A DNA stretch of 33,756 bases from Trichoplax sp. H2. Taxonomy: Eukaryota. Shown piece by piece: positions 10,815 through 24,000 of this stretch. Position 1 is the first letter of the stretch. Each line of letters opens with the position of its first letter. The DNA lies in NCBI GenBank assembly GCA_003344405.1, contig NOWV01000183.1:124001-157756 (forward strand). The letters run 5' to 3'. The position numbers and the translations under genes are program-made. The notes beneath the pieces are model-generated. The model was not told where the DNA came from. It ran no database searches and saw nothing but the letters and a program-made list of their open reading frames with translations.

Positions 10815-12742
10815 CTATTTCCGATTCCCTTGCGATAGCTTCGTACTTCTAGCTTTCACAGATGTATTTGAAGTGATTCCTTGCTTTGTTGAAGTAACAT
10901 TATTCATTACTACCTTACTGCTAGTATAAACACCTGGATCATTCGAAGTCTTGGTTGAAACAATTTTGCCATTTAATTTTACAGTCGTTGTAACACCTTT
11001 ATTAGCTGTTGTATGCTCGCTGATAATCATCTGTGATGTAGTTGTTGTTTTTCGGCTAGTGGTAGTAGAACTGTCGACATTGACTGAAGTACTAGAAACA
11101 GTTGATTTATTATTTCGTGTTTTAATTCTGGGCTGACTCATATTCTCCGTCTTATTTTCAGCTCTAATAGTAGAAGATTCACTATAACTATTCTGATGAT
11201 ATGTAGTCTTCTTTTCTCTCTCTGTCTTACTAGCAATGCTAGTAGCTTGATTACTGGATGACGTTGTCGATTTCTTTCTGGGAGCTATCGTAATTGTCGT
11301 CGTTACATTATCATTATTTTTAAGTCCCTCACGAGCTACAATAAAAAGTAACAAGAATATGCATGAAATTATTTAAATCAGCAAGGCTACAAAATCTGCG
11401 TTTAAAATACTAAAGCAAGAGAAGGTAGTAAACGCTTCATTAAAAGGATATTTCTGCCACCGCTTAATTAAATACTATATGTTAATAACAGATATTTATA
11501 CCATTAATAAAAAGGATGTATGTAATCTAAATCTTAAGAAATATCGAACTATACATAAATCGACTACATCAATTGAAAGTATAAATTAATCTTAAAGACA
11601 TTTATCTTACCCTTTATACAGCATTACTATGATGAATGATATTAAAGTATGTACATAAATACGAAAACAAAATTAGGAATGCCTTACGCTGCGAAACCGC
11701 CTTATCAACAAGTATTGTGTAATTAAATTAAAGTCTATATTTTATCTCGTCATTAAATATTTCAGATTTTAAATTAGAAATATACGAATACACAGTATGA
11801 TTAGAATGTTTCCTTAATAGAAAAGAGTGTAAACAATGCAAATTTGAGCTTACCTGAATTTTGAAGTGCTACTTGAATAGCACCTAGTGAATTAGAACGG
11901 TATAACCTTTGTTTTACAGGGGGTTTCTTATTTCCTTCTTTTTGCAAAGCCAACATTTTTTGCCTTGAAACCTCAATACTCCCTAGTGAACGCTTCCTTT
12001 CCAAGACAACTGGACGACTGCGATGTTTAGCTATAGAACGATCATCAGTAGGCGAGGCATTCATTTTCGATGTCGTAGTCCACTGAGTTGTGGATTCTGT
12101 AACAATCTCACGTTTCAATTTGGTAGTAGTAACGCGTTGATGTTGACTTTGAGAATTTGAGCTTCTCGTAATTAGTTTTGTATTTTGATACTGATCCTCT
12201 TTAACAGCCTGCTTTGCATTACTGTATTGATTAGAAGTATTGGAGTTACGTTTTTGCAAAACAATTTTCGTGGATTGATGTCTATCCACTTTCTCTGTAA
12301 CTTGTTGAGCGCTGCCATATTTAGCAACAAATTTTCGCTCACGTTCAGCTACGGTATCAGTGGATAATCCACTCCTTAAAACTTCAACGCTACCTATTGA
12401 CAGCTTTCTAATACGAGTTAGATTCGAAGCTAAAGGATCAAAATCTCCCTTCGAGTATAAATCGCTTAATGAGCTCGCTCGCACTAATTTCTTCTGCTTT
12501 ATAGCCCTATTGGCCTCGGTATATTTATTAATTGTTGCATTCGTATTCACAGAGCCTACTATTTTGCGCTGCGATTCCGGTGAATTTGGTGCTGATCGAG
12601 ATTCAAATCGAGATTTAGGGTTAGCCTCAACGAAAACAGCGCCATCTTCAAGCTCGTTCGGTGGAGAACTAGGAACTGATTGAGATCCTCTTCTAGAAGG
12701 TTGATCACCACCAGAGTGTGCTCGAAACTTTGGCTTTGCCAT
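10815..12742 (-). CDS. Hypothetical S/T/K/R-rich intrinsically disordered protein, at least 469 aa, 2 main exons
   Basis: Exon 12780(acceptor)/12742(ATG)-11854 ends TCAG|GTAAGC in phase 1 and joins exon 11335-10815 (TGTAG|CT CGT GAG) in frame; stop TAG TGA. Open frames of 313 and 179 aa in very AT-rich DNA. No recognisable domain. Confidence 0.8.
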
Positions 12743-14609
12743 TCTGCTTTTAGCTTTGAAGGAACTAAACTTAGAGACGGCTAATAAGATAGAAGATACA
12801 ACGCAATCGATGTTATTAAGAAGCTGGACAACATTACTACAACTACAGAATGATTATTTTATTGCTAATTACTATCTTTCTTAGTTGCCATCATAATTAA
12901 ACTACTGCAAATAGTTAGCTATACGGTCAATTACATTTCGGATTGCTTGAAAGATTTATCTAGTTGTATACTAGATAGACGATACAATATCATTTTCTAC
13001 GATCAGTATTACAGCACATTTTAATTTGAGCTAATGAAAAGAATTTTGATAGCTTCTTCAATCTATTGTCGGTTCGACCAATCTACGATATTAGGATTTT
13101 TATTAAGACATGCACCGTACCGCGGCTAAACTTTGAAAATCATATATTTCCCCAATTTACTGTATCTTCCAAAGATTCCTAATGTTTCTCAGCCATTAAT
13201 GGTTTATAAATTGCAATTACTAGATAAACTATTATCGCTATCTAGGTATAGCACTGTGCTTAACAATAAAGATCCATATTGTCGGAATTATAATATTACA
13301 ATGATTCCATTCTCGATACAGTTATACAGTATCGTAAAACCAAAGTGCAAAACTTATATATCAATTATTTATAACTATTAAATTAGCTCAACCTTCTCCA
13401 ATACAGTCAGTAATTAAAGCTGTTTTATTCAGCATCTATAATTGATATTATCAGTATAATATTTCAGTAAAATTTGTTGATTATAGATAACCATGATTAC
13501 TGTCATGATAGCAATAAAGCTTATATCGGTCAAATTGATTAAATGAAGGTAGATGTGGAACCTACGTATCTTGTTATTAATTTTATGATGGTAGTCTACA
13601 AGTACTTTGAAATTTCGGATAATATTCATAACGGTAGTATAAGTAAATAACGCCCGGCATTATGTTTAAACGGTAATGGTCGAAATTAGACTTAGGCTTA
13701 TTTTCTGTAATCAAAGTACACTCATGCTTATAAAAAGCATTTAAACATTATATCTTAAAAACATCCGATCAGATTTTAGGCATTGTACGTAAACAAAGGA
13801 TAAACAATCTGTCATACTGATCTTTCGGTATAAAAGTAATATAAAATATGTTCTGTGTTTTCAACTATAAAATCATAATAATAAATCTTGAATTAACATA
13901 GATAGTAGAGTATGGCTTTCTTTGTCCATCAAAGTCTAAACCTATTAAACTACGATTATTAGCTAAAAGTGTTACCAAGTAAATCTAATGCCTTGATAAA
14001 TTAGAGCATTGTTAATGTAAGGTGTAAAGGTAAATGACATTATAGACTTTCAAAATTTTTGGACAGTTTTGATAATAGTAAACTCGATATTTTTCCTACA
14101 AATCCTGTTACGATACTTGTAATAACATAGTGTGTGTAGAACGCGATCTTTCATTATATTCCGTCAATATTGACGATCTTATTCTAGTCAGCAGCTAGCT
14201 ATATTACAAATATACAGAGAGAAAGCAACTCATGTATCGACCATCTAGTTCTAATTATCATGATACAGATGATGTTACAAGATTTAAAGTCATGCGTTAT
14301 TCATGCATGATTAGGTTTGTATTATTGAATTCAATTTCTTATAAATAACAAGCCAGATGTTTCTTTACTGGCATTGTTACAAAAAGAATGATAACAAGAA
14401 AATATGTCAATGTCAGTTACGATCAATTGATTATTTCATTCCCAATATAACTATAAATCGTTACAGTACCTACTATTACGACCTAGATGAAGTATGTAAA
14501 TAATAGAAAAAAATAGCTAGAATAGTATTCCTTATAATAATGCAAGAACTATTGGATGTTAAAAGAAATTATTAGGTATACGCGTATAACGACTAATGAC
14601 GGAACTTAC

Positions 14610-14640
14610 ACTTCCTGCTATTTTCATGGCTGTTCTCATC
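14610..14640 (-). CDS. Candidate 31-nt upstream exon of the S/T-rich gene (DENSHENSRK, or 5' UTR)
   Basis: TATAG acceptor and GTAAGT donor; read as phase 0 to 1 it splices in frame to the acceptor at 12780 (S-VSKFSSFKAKSRMAK). No upstream start exon was securely found. Confidence 0.45.
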
Positions 14641-17600
14641 CTATAATTTGTGATAAAGCATATTAGGTCAGCTTATCTAATAGTAAAATAATTCAACCAA
14701 ATTCTGTATTAGTATTAGCATACTATTGACAAGAGATTATAATTAGTTAAGCACATAAGTTGAGAGTAATTAAGATGGATGCAATATAATAGTTAAACAT
14801 CTGCTAGACACGTTTAGATCGTAAGGGGGCCATCGTAAGCTACCTTCTAGAATCAGCTAAAAATAAAGGCTGGAGGGATCAAATCTATATTTAGCGAAAC
14901 TATTGTATCTGTGGCGTACATAATATTGGTCAAGTTTATTTTTAATTTAACCGAAATGGAAGAGTTGCATTGCAGTATTATGATGATTTAATTGGTAAAT
15001 TTATGGTAAATATTTAAATCAACTCGTTAAGTATAAAGACTGATTTTCTACTTAGACATCATCCATTCAAGTCGTGGAAATTTCAGATAATGTCACTACT
15101 TTAAGTATAACTTATTTCAGCTTTAATGATACCACAAAAAGTGTTATTTCTAATAAGTATGCTATGATCGACAGGAGAGTAAAGACTTGGACCGAGCCAA
15201 AATGCAATTTTAAAGTATGAAAAAATATTCATGTATTAACTCTTTAATGAATTCTTTCTATTATCAGAGTTGAGATCTTTTAATTTTTTCAGCATCGGCT
15301 ATCGAATTGATTGCATGAAATTAATCATTCTATATTGGTGTTTAAACACTATTGAAAAGGCTTAATAATTAGAAGCGAATTATGAAAAGCTTTCTCAATA
15401 ATTATTTCAAGTAACATAGATCAATAACATCAACAGTAATAGTAATACGAAGAGTTTTGTTCTTTTGCTAAATTCTTACGGTATTAGTATAATCATTATC
15501 TTCTCCATAACTGTGATGTCTGTGTACGTAAGTTGCCATTTTGATTCGTCTTCGACCCAGTATTGAAATAATAAAACTTCTCGTTTCTATGCTCTTCGTA
15601 ACCTCGAAGACTGTGATTGTAAGATAATTATGATGATATGGCTATCGTATTTCTTCGACCTAGTTAATGTCTATAACGAAATAAAACGACGATGATTTAA
15701 CCGATTTAACTTCAGAAAAGAAAAACTTTTGAGCGACATTTTAATCGATCTTCTATATTGTGTTGTTATAAATCTCAATAATGTAATAAAATTAGTTAAC
15801 CTAGGAAATTTGATCATGGAAAGTTAATTTAATTGGATTTATTACCTGAGGATTAGGATTAATAACCAAATCATTAAATGTTTCGATCACTCTATTCAAG
15901 ATAGTCGATGTTGCTTAACCAACAAAATGAAGGCAACACCACAAGGATTATCGTCTAGCCACTACGCTAATGATCGCAACCAATGTCGACGAAATGAAAC
16001 GATAATAGTAATCTTGATAGATACTTGAATCATTTGCTTAGTTATCTTAATTATAATTTGAATTAAAACTGAAACAATAGGAAATAATTATATTGTCCTC
16101 CCACAAGCACCATTCTCATCTATTCAATCCTGATTCATTTATCATAAAGCTATGACAAAAGCAAATATTAATTTATTACTTCCTAGCCGTCGAAGGTTAA
16201 GGCTGATTTCTTTTCAAAATGCATCGTGTTCAATTCAGTTTCAATGATACACTCTTAAAATTTAGCCTCAAATTTAAGATTCGCCATAAATAGGAAAAAA
16301 TAAATGTTATAATCCATAATTCTATTTGCTAAATAAGTAAAATATCTATAATCTGTTAGAAATAAGAATGTAGGCGTTAAATTCTGCTTAGTAGTTGCTA
16401 TACTGACGTTTAACGATCATACTTAGCAGCGAACGAATTAACTACGAATTTGATACCAGGGTAGGGGGTGATAGTGGGTGGAGAGAAGAATCATTGTTCT
16501 ATAAATCATTGTTCCATGTCTAAAAGCATAGCCATGGACATGATTCCCTTTAATGTCAAATAAGCTATTAGAATTATTGAAATGAAGTTTTAAAGGCAAT
16601 GATCATAGACATTATAGTAAATCAATGTTGAAAAGAAGACCCTGAGGAAACAAACGATCTACGAGTATGTGCATCATGTATATGCCACCGTTTGCATCTG
16701 ATAAAGTAAAGTTGATATTCAGATCAATAATTATCACTGTTTTTTAATTAATTAATTATGATTATTAAATGCTACTTCAGTTAAAAGTATCTTAGCTATA
16801 ATTAAATCTGTCAAGAAGCTTTCTTTCTAGCAGAAATTACAGATTGGGAAGGCATGAATTGCAATATTAAAAGTAGGGCTGTATCTAGATATAAAACTCA
16901 ACATTCATTGTGGTTTGCCGGATCAGACGGGCATGAAAGACAGATCTTGTAGAGTAAAGCTTTTGTAATCTATATCAAATTTAGTTAGAAGATCTATAAT
17001 GGGCATATCTTTTCTTATTTGTAAAATACTGTATATCAGATACAATTGTTTGGCTTTATAAATATTTTGGCACGGGTTATCTATCATTATTGATGGCTTT
17101 TTTTGAAAGGCCAATGGTCTTTCTTGTTTTTAATAAATAATTGCAATCCTCATGGTAATACACTGTTCATCATGGCAACGAAATAACATTGACATGGAAA
17201 ACGGATTATTTCAAAAAAGAGATATCAATTCCTTTGATGACGATAATTAAAAGGTGTCTTAATTATCTTGCTTTTAGACTATGGCTGGATTTAAATAATA
17301 AATTGATTATAAACTATAGAACGTCCGTCATGTATGCATAAGCCAGGAAATAGAGCTAATTATCACAACTTCCACAAATGAGTCATTTTATTACTTCCTA
17401 ACTAGTTTTAAGGTGGAGCTACAACTGTACTACGGTCATTTTTTGTAATTGAAACAATATAATCTGTAAAAAACCCTACAATATGATACAGTTTATGTTT
17501 ACCTAGCTAATTTCAAGACATTGAAGCGATGGTGCTAGATACTGCATTAGTTTTAAAACTGTTTTGTATAAACTAATTCAAATAGACCTAAAGAAAGATT

Positions 17601-18882
17601 TAAATTGATGAAATTTGATCCACTTTGATAGCATTGGTAGTAATTGTAGCATGCTATGCGACCGTGTTGCTTCTAATTATGCCCTAAATTCCTTAATTAT
17701 ATAAATGTACTTGTTCATTAGCAATATTATTCTGCAGGGCATTTACATCAGCGATAAGCCGTTATCTTCTAGAAATATTGAACAAAAAAGAGATCTGTGA
17801 ATGTATTTAAGTTTCTCACTTTAACATCGGCTCAATTGATTAATTTAACGCAATTGGTGCTAAAATTTAATATTAAAATAATTATTTATCTTCCTATATA
17901 CTTACTGAGAGCAAATACTGATGGAAATAAATATTAATTTTAAATTTTGTGACATGGTGGGCTTTCATCTCTAAATTAATCAAAATTAATGATTTCTAGA
18001 TCAAGCGTAAAATAGTCAAGGGGTAAAATGAAGGAAATGATAGAAGAAAATCGCTCTCCATCATAATCTTATTTGTTTAAAATCTAAATTCAAACATGTT
18101 TGTCCTATTTCTGAATAATTGTTAATTTCCTTATAAAATTAAGCAATTATAACGCTAAAATTAAGTAATAGCAGGCGATTCTGTTATTGCCGTTTAATCT
18201 TATGTTTACGCATATAATGATTTTCTTTTATCTTTTAGTCAAGTGATGTAAGAGACATGTCAAAGAGTCAACGATTTGATTAATCTAGTACATTCTTCTT
18301 TTGAAACTATTTAAATAAACTTAAATTCTATTAATTTGATAAAATACTATCGATGATCATCTCAGATATAGAAACAAAGCGGTTTAATCTATACAACAGT
18401 ACTAGAATTTCTCCTTACACGGGTATGCAGCTTATTAATGTTATTGAGGCTATTTGATGCAGCACCGAATATCACTTGTGTGGAAATTAAATTTTAGTTT
18501 CTAAGGCTTCGCTTAGAGTCAATTATTCGAGTATATGCTCATACTACATAGAATTATGGTATATCAGCCAGACTTGAAATATCGGATATGCTAGAATTGA
18601 TCATGCAGTAGGCTATCGAACCTATAATTTAGCAGAGTAGAATTTGGGTATATCATGCCAATGATAGCTAATAATTATATAATACTTAACGTAAACATTT
18701 TATAACAATAATTTGACAGAATCTTTAAGTTAGATAACAAGATGATTTACACAATTCAAATTCAGTTATCAAAAAACTTTCAAGAAGTATTTAAACGAGA
18801 TATTGGATAGTTGACTTATTCAAGACCTATTTGTTTTCCTGTGTGTTCTCAATGCCAAGTTCAAAACTAATCCAGAGCAAAG

Positions 18883-19007
18883 AATTTATAAGTTATGATG
18901 AAGCATTATCGATTAGGGCCGATATTTGAACTAATGTAAAGAAATTTATAAGTTATGATGAAGCATTATCGATTAGGGCCGATATTTGAACTAATGTAAA
19001 GAAATTT
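18883..19007. repeat. Perfect 60-bp tandem duplication (about 2.1 copies)
   Basis: 18883-18947 is identical to 18943-19007. Confidence 0.95.
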
Positions 19008-20750
19008 TCAAGTAATGCTAAATCGACACTCAACCAACATTTGTAACTAAAACATAGCGCTCAAGCTGTCTGAGAAACTATAATAGAGCGAATTTACAGC
19101 TATGAAATGATTGAAATATTTGTATATAATCCTTTCCTTCGAGTAACAAATTAATATTACGATGATTTCGGTAGCCAATCATTGCATTCATCGATAATTG
19201 TTATCACGCATTAAATATTTGATCACCAACTTAATAAGCCTTCGATAATATATATATATGTTAACATATATATAGATTGATAAGTTCAGTAGGTATTTCT
19301 TATGCGGTAATTTACTAAAGGACGTCTATCTCTACTGAGTACGGGTAATCGGAGCGTAAGAGAACAAAATTGCTACAGTTAAGATTGTTAATGCTATTTT
19401 TTATGCAATAGCCCAAGCTTCGAGCGCGGTTTAAGCTAGATATAATAACTGCATAAGCACCTTACTTAAAAGGAGGTCTTCACATCTTGTGATAGCCTAT
19501 AAATTACAGTTTACGTGTATTATAAAGTAAAGACAAATTATTTTGCTATTTAAGTTAAAACAGTAAATAGAATAGAATTTAATTTTATTTACAATTATTG
19601 TCCATTATACTCTACAAATGATGCTAAAAGATAAAGAAAAGTGTTAAAAATAATAGTTGGTTGTATTATACTATAACATTCATATAATGCTAAATATTTC
19701 CTAATTTATCAACTCAATAAAAAAATGGAGATACGATAATGTCGTGGTTGATCTTTAACTATCAAATAAGTTGATTATTCTCAAGCAATTGGACTGTGAT
19801 TATTAATACTCCCAAAATATACCGATGCTGATCAGCATTTGTTATACTCTATGCATACTGTTACAGATTATTTTAGATTTTTTGTATATAAAACAAAATA
19901 ACTAACACATTTATGCAATATCTAATAGTGATTAAAATTGTATTTGGCAATGAATAACCACGTTAGTTTTAGTGTTACTTAAGATTAAATGTTCACAATT
20001 AAAATACATTTTAAAATAATCCCGATATAATATAACAAGCATCAGACAGTTAGGTAGATGGAATCTCAACGCAAGATTATTGCATGTATTGGTATATCTG
20101 TACGTTAGTTATTACACTTATAGCCTTACAACTAACCAATCTATTGAAAGATATTGTCAATACTGCAACATAAGAAGCACAAAAAATAAGAGGGTCATTG
20201 TTTTACCTCAACAATGTCCATTGAAGGAGCAAATAGTGTTGCTGAAATATATCGACTTAGACGCTTTAGGAAAATTTAACTTGACGTTTGCATCATATTG
20301 TTAGTTTATGAATATATATTCATTACTAGCTAATGATTGTTATCAATTATAAATCCGTCTAACTGTCAATATTTGTTACTTGTAATGCTTAAATACTGTA
20401 CTTTCATGAAGTAGTTATAATTAGCATTTTTTTATCACTAATAGCCACATAGCATGCAATATCATTGCAAAGGCCTATATTGACTTTCTCCTTCATATTC
20501 AATACGTAGAAATAGCTAAGAAATAATTATTATTATGTCTTAAATTCTAAATAACAGAAGAACATAATTGACCTTACAGATGTAAAATATGCAATAGGAA
20601 AACAATCATACGAGCAACTATCAGACGACTTTCTACATATATAATTTAACCTTATGTTATTTCATTTATTTTAGCGTGTAAAGACTGAGTAAAGAGAGAT
20701 TAATTTCTTTCCAATTCTTTGTTGAAATTGTATTGCTGAAACTCAAAGTC

Positions 20751-21085
20751 TTATCTCATACGTATCGATCCTTTACCCTTAGCTGACTGGGTACGTGGAC
20801 GTGGAATCGGTGCATCGCTATTATCACCGCCATTGCGAGGACGCCTTGGAACATTATTACTAGGTCCAGTTGTAACTCGCGCTCCACGATTTGGTGATGG
20901 GCGTCGATTATAATCTGCTTGATTGGAAGATTGGTTATAATTATCATTGTCCATTTCTTCATTGTAGCGATCATCAGGTGCATTATTACGGCGACTGTTA
21001 GCAGCTACACTAATCCTTCCACCTCGAGATTGACTTGCTGCGTTGTTACGACGTTCTCGATCATTACGTCCATAGTCTTGATTAT
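20751..21085 (-). CDS. Terminal exon 5 of the prion-like protein (DNQDYGRNDRERR...KGKGSIRMR*)
   Basis: TTAG acceptor; the open frame continues into ORF 20751-20954 and ends at TAA. Confidence 0.85.
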
Positions 21086-24000
21086 CTAATCACATTTTGT
21101 AACAAAAATTAAATTTATTCGATTAGCTATCGTTTTTCCTCATACGTTAATTTTCTATCCGCCACTTTATTAACATACATAAATAATACTAATTTCAAGC
21201 ATTTGCTACGATTTTATGGTACTAATACCTAACAGAGAGTATACAAACACGTTCTATTAAAAAATTATTTGATATCTAATTTACCTCGATCATAGTTTGA
21301 ACCACTTTCATTATCTTGATTATAAAATTGTTGCGGTCGACGAAGCTTCATGCTTACTCTTGCTGAAGGCTTTGGCCTTACAGAGTTATCTAAGATTGAA
21401 AAATTTCAGGTGAATTATGATAGTTGCAATAATGAAAGAAGCTCTTTATCCTGATTAAATTTAAATTTGGACACAAGAATAAATTTATTCAAAGCAATAT
21501 CATCATGTTGTTGGCATAAATATATCGTCCACATTGATTATCAAATTAGTTTACCATAATCTTCCATGTTTGATGGATTATCTTGCTGATTAGGTGATGT
21601 AGTAGCTTGATAATTTGCTGCAGATCTTCGATTCGGTGGCATACCAGAATTAGCCGGTCTTTCATCGCTAGATCTCGATGGCCCTGAATTCATATCTCTA
21701 CCTCGGTTTCCACCAACAGAGACAGTAGCGCCTTTCGATACTCGAATAGTTCGATCTTGCGATGGTCTTCCCCCAACTTGCGTTGGTGGCTGTTTATTTC
21801 TACCTCCGCCATAACTAGGCTGATGTTGTGGTGATTCATTTGAAATATCTGAAGTCTCAGATTCCTCAATATTGAGAGCTAAATTGGAGCGACTATTGCC
21901 ACCATTCCAAGATTTTTTATTATCAACACCAGCACGAGGACTTCTACGTATACCTGCAGTTGTGGATGGCTGTTGATAATTTGAATCTACCTGACTTCTT
22001 CCTACAGTTTCACCTGGATCATCAGCCGGTAATGGATATACTTGTAGATTTTTCAAATTGTGGCCTAATACGGAATTTACGTAATTATCAGTCTGCTTTT
22101 GCTGTGGCTGTTGCTGTTGCTGTTGATTGCCATAAGAATCCCATTGATTTCCGCCATTAGAATCGTTATAATCCTGATTATATTGCTGATTGTTATTATC
22201 ATATTGATCATAGCTGCTGTAGCCTTGGTTAGCGTTTGAATCATAGCTATACTGGGCTGTATAACCTTGCTGGGATTGATCAGCAGTAGAACTGGGATTT
22301 TTGTAATCATAATAGGCTTTATTTTGAGACCCGCCATAACCTTGATTACTATAATTTTGATTCTGATAGGAGTTGGAATCATATCCATTACCATTAGAAT
22401 AATTATTTCTCTCCGTATTGCGATTTGGTTGCGGATAGGAATTTGTAGATGGTTGAGGCTGTTGCCAGTTTTGTTCACCGCCAGTAAAATTAGGAGGTTT
22501 TCCTTTACTTTCATCAAGAATAGAAGGTCTACTTGATCTATTTGGTCGTTGATTACTTTGATTGTACTGGTTGCTTGATTGCTGCTGATTAGTATAACTA
22601 TCCTGGTAGTTCCCAGAATATGGACGACGCTGATTTGAGTAATCGCGTTCTTGCATATTAGAGTGAGCATTGTCATAATTAGACTGTGATGATCTATTCT
22701 GGCTCATAGCTGCATTGGGGCTTACATTTCGTTGATTGTAGTTAGATTCGTAGCCTTGCTGAGGGCTATAAGGTGCTTGCTTTCTGTTAGCATTATAATC
22801 ATCGCTGCCATAAGAATAGGGTCGCTGATTTGCTTGCTGTGGCTGCTTTTGCTGTTGATTGGGATATTGATTGCCTCCGTAAGATTCGTCAGCAATGTTA
22901 CTAGTGCTTTGATAGCCTGCTTTCATTTGATTTAGATTGTCGTACGATTGTGATGAGGCTAGAAGAGTGCCGAGAAGAGTCAATGAATTAGATTTATGAA
23001 TACTTGGTATTAAACTACAGGCAAATATAATGCAAATATTTATACATTATTACTAATGATACTTTTATTTCATTAAACATGATTAATATATCAAATTATG
23101 AGAAATTTTAGAAAATGAAGATTAAAAAGTTCAAGCTAAAATTGAGATAAAGTGTTCATAAAGAGTATATTATTCAACCCGATTATCAAGTATCGATTCA
23201 TGGTTTACTTTACAGGTATAAGTATTGCTAAAAAATAATTTTCCCGGCTAAAGTACGAGTATAAACGATAAACTATAAGTAAAAAGAAGACTGGGTGCTA
23301 ATATACGAATGATTCCGCAATGTCATTATCTGCGGTGTATAGAAAAGACGAAATGAGTTGGTTATGAACTAGAAAAATGATCAATAATAAAAAGCCACGA
23401 AGGAATGATGGGAATAATTTACTTGTTAGTAATGTAAATTTAATGAAACTTAATTTAAACTATCTTTCTACAGGTAGAAGAATTTCCTGAAGAATTTGAT
23501 TACTTAGGGCAATAAGACAACACAACGAAGGTAAAAGCACTAACAAATTCATCGCCATTTCAATATATCACATGTATATCTGGTAATATTAAGAGGTAAA
23601 GTTTTTAAGGCGAAAATATTCTTGTAGAGAAGTAAGTTAAGGGATACTTAATGTCCATTAGTAACAAGGGTTTTCAACAGAATGAAAAGTAAATTAAATC
23701 GTATTTTTGGGATTTTTGAGCAAAAATATTCTTCAGTAGGCTAAATGCATAGGACTACCATCAAATGGATTCTAGTTCAGATATTCATCACCGATAATTA
23801 TAAGAATTATATTCTGAGCTGTAGAAAACATTCTAATAAAATCTGTAGTATAAGAATAGCAATTAAACATGCTATTGTTGCTATTTAGAAATTTTTTAGT
23901 CTTATAGTATACTCCAATGTTATTATCATCATTCATGATTATTTGAAAGTGTATCGACAAAGAATTATGAGTTCAGAATGGTCAAATCGTGGCTATGAGG

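Noticed and set aside
10951..12683. Plus-strand hydrophobic ORFs
   Set aside because: They are antisense shadows of the S/T-rich coding exons.
21960..22935. Overlapping ORFs including the 199-aa Ile-rich minus-strand frame 22077-22676
   Set aside because: They are shifted-frame or antisense shadows of N/Q/Y codons, with no independent splice or start support.
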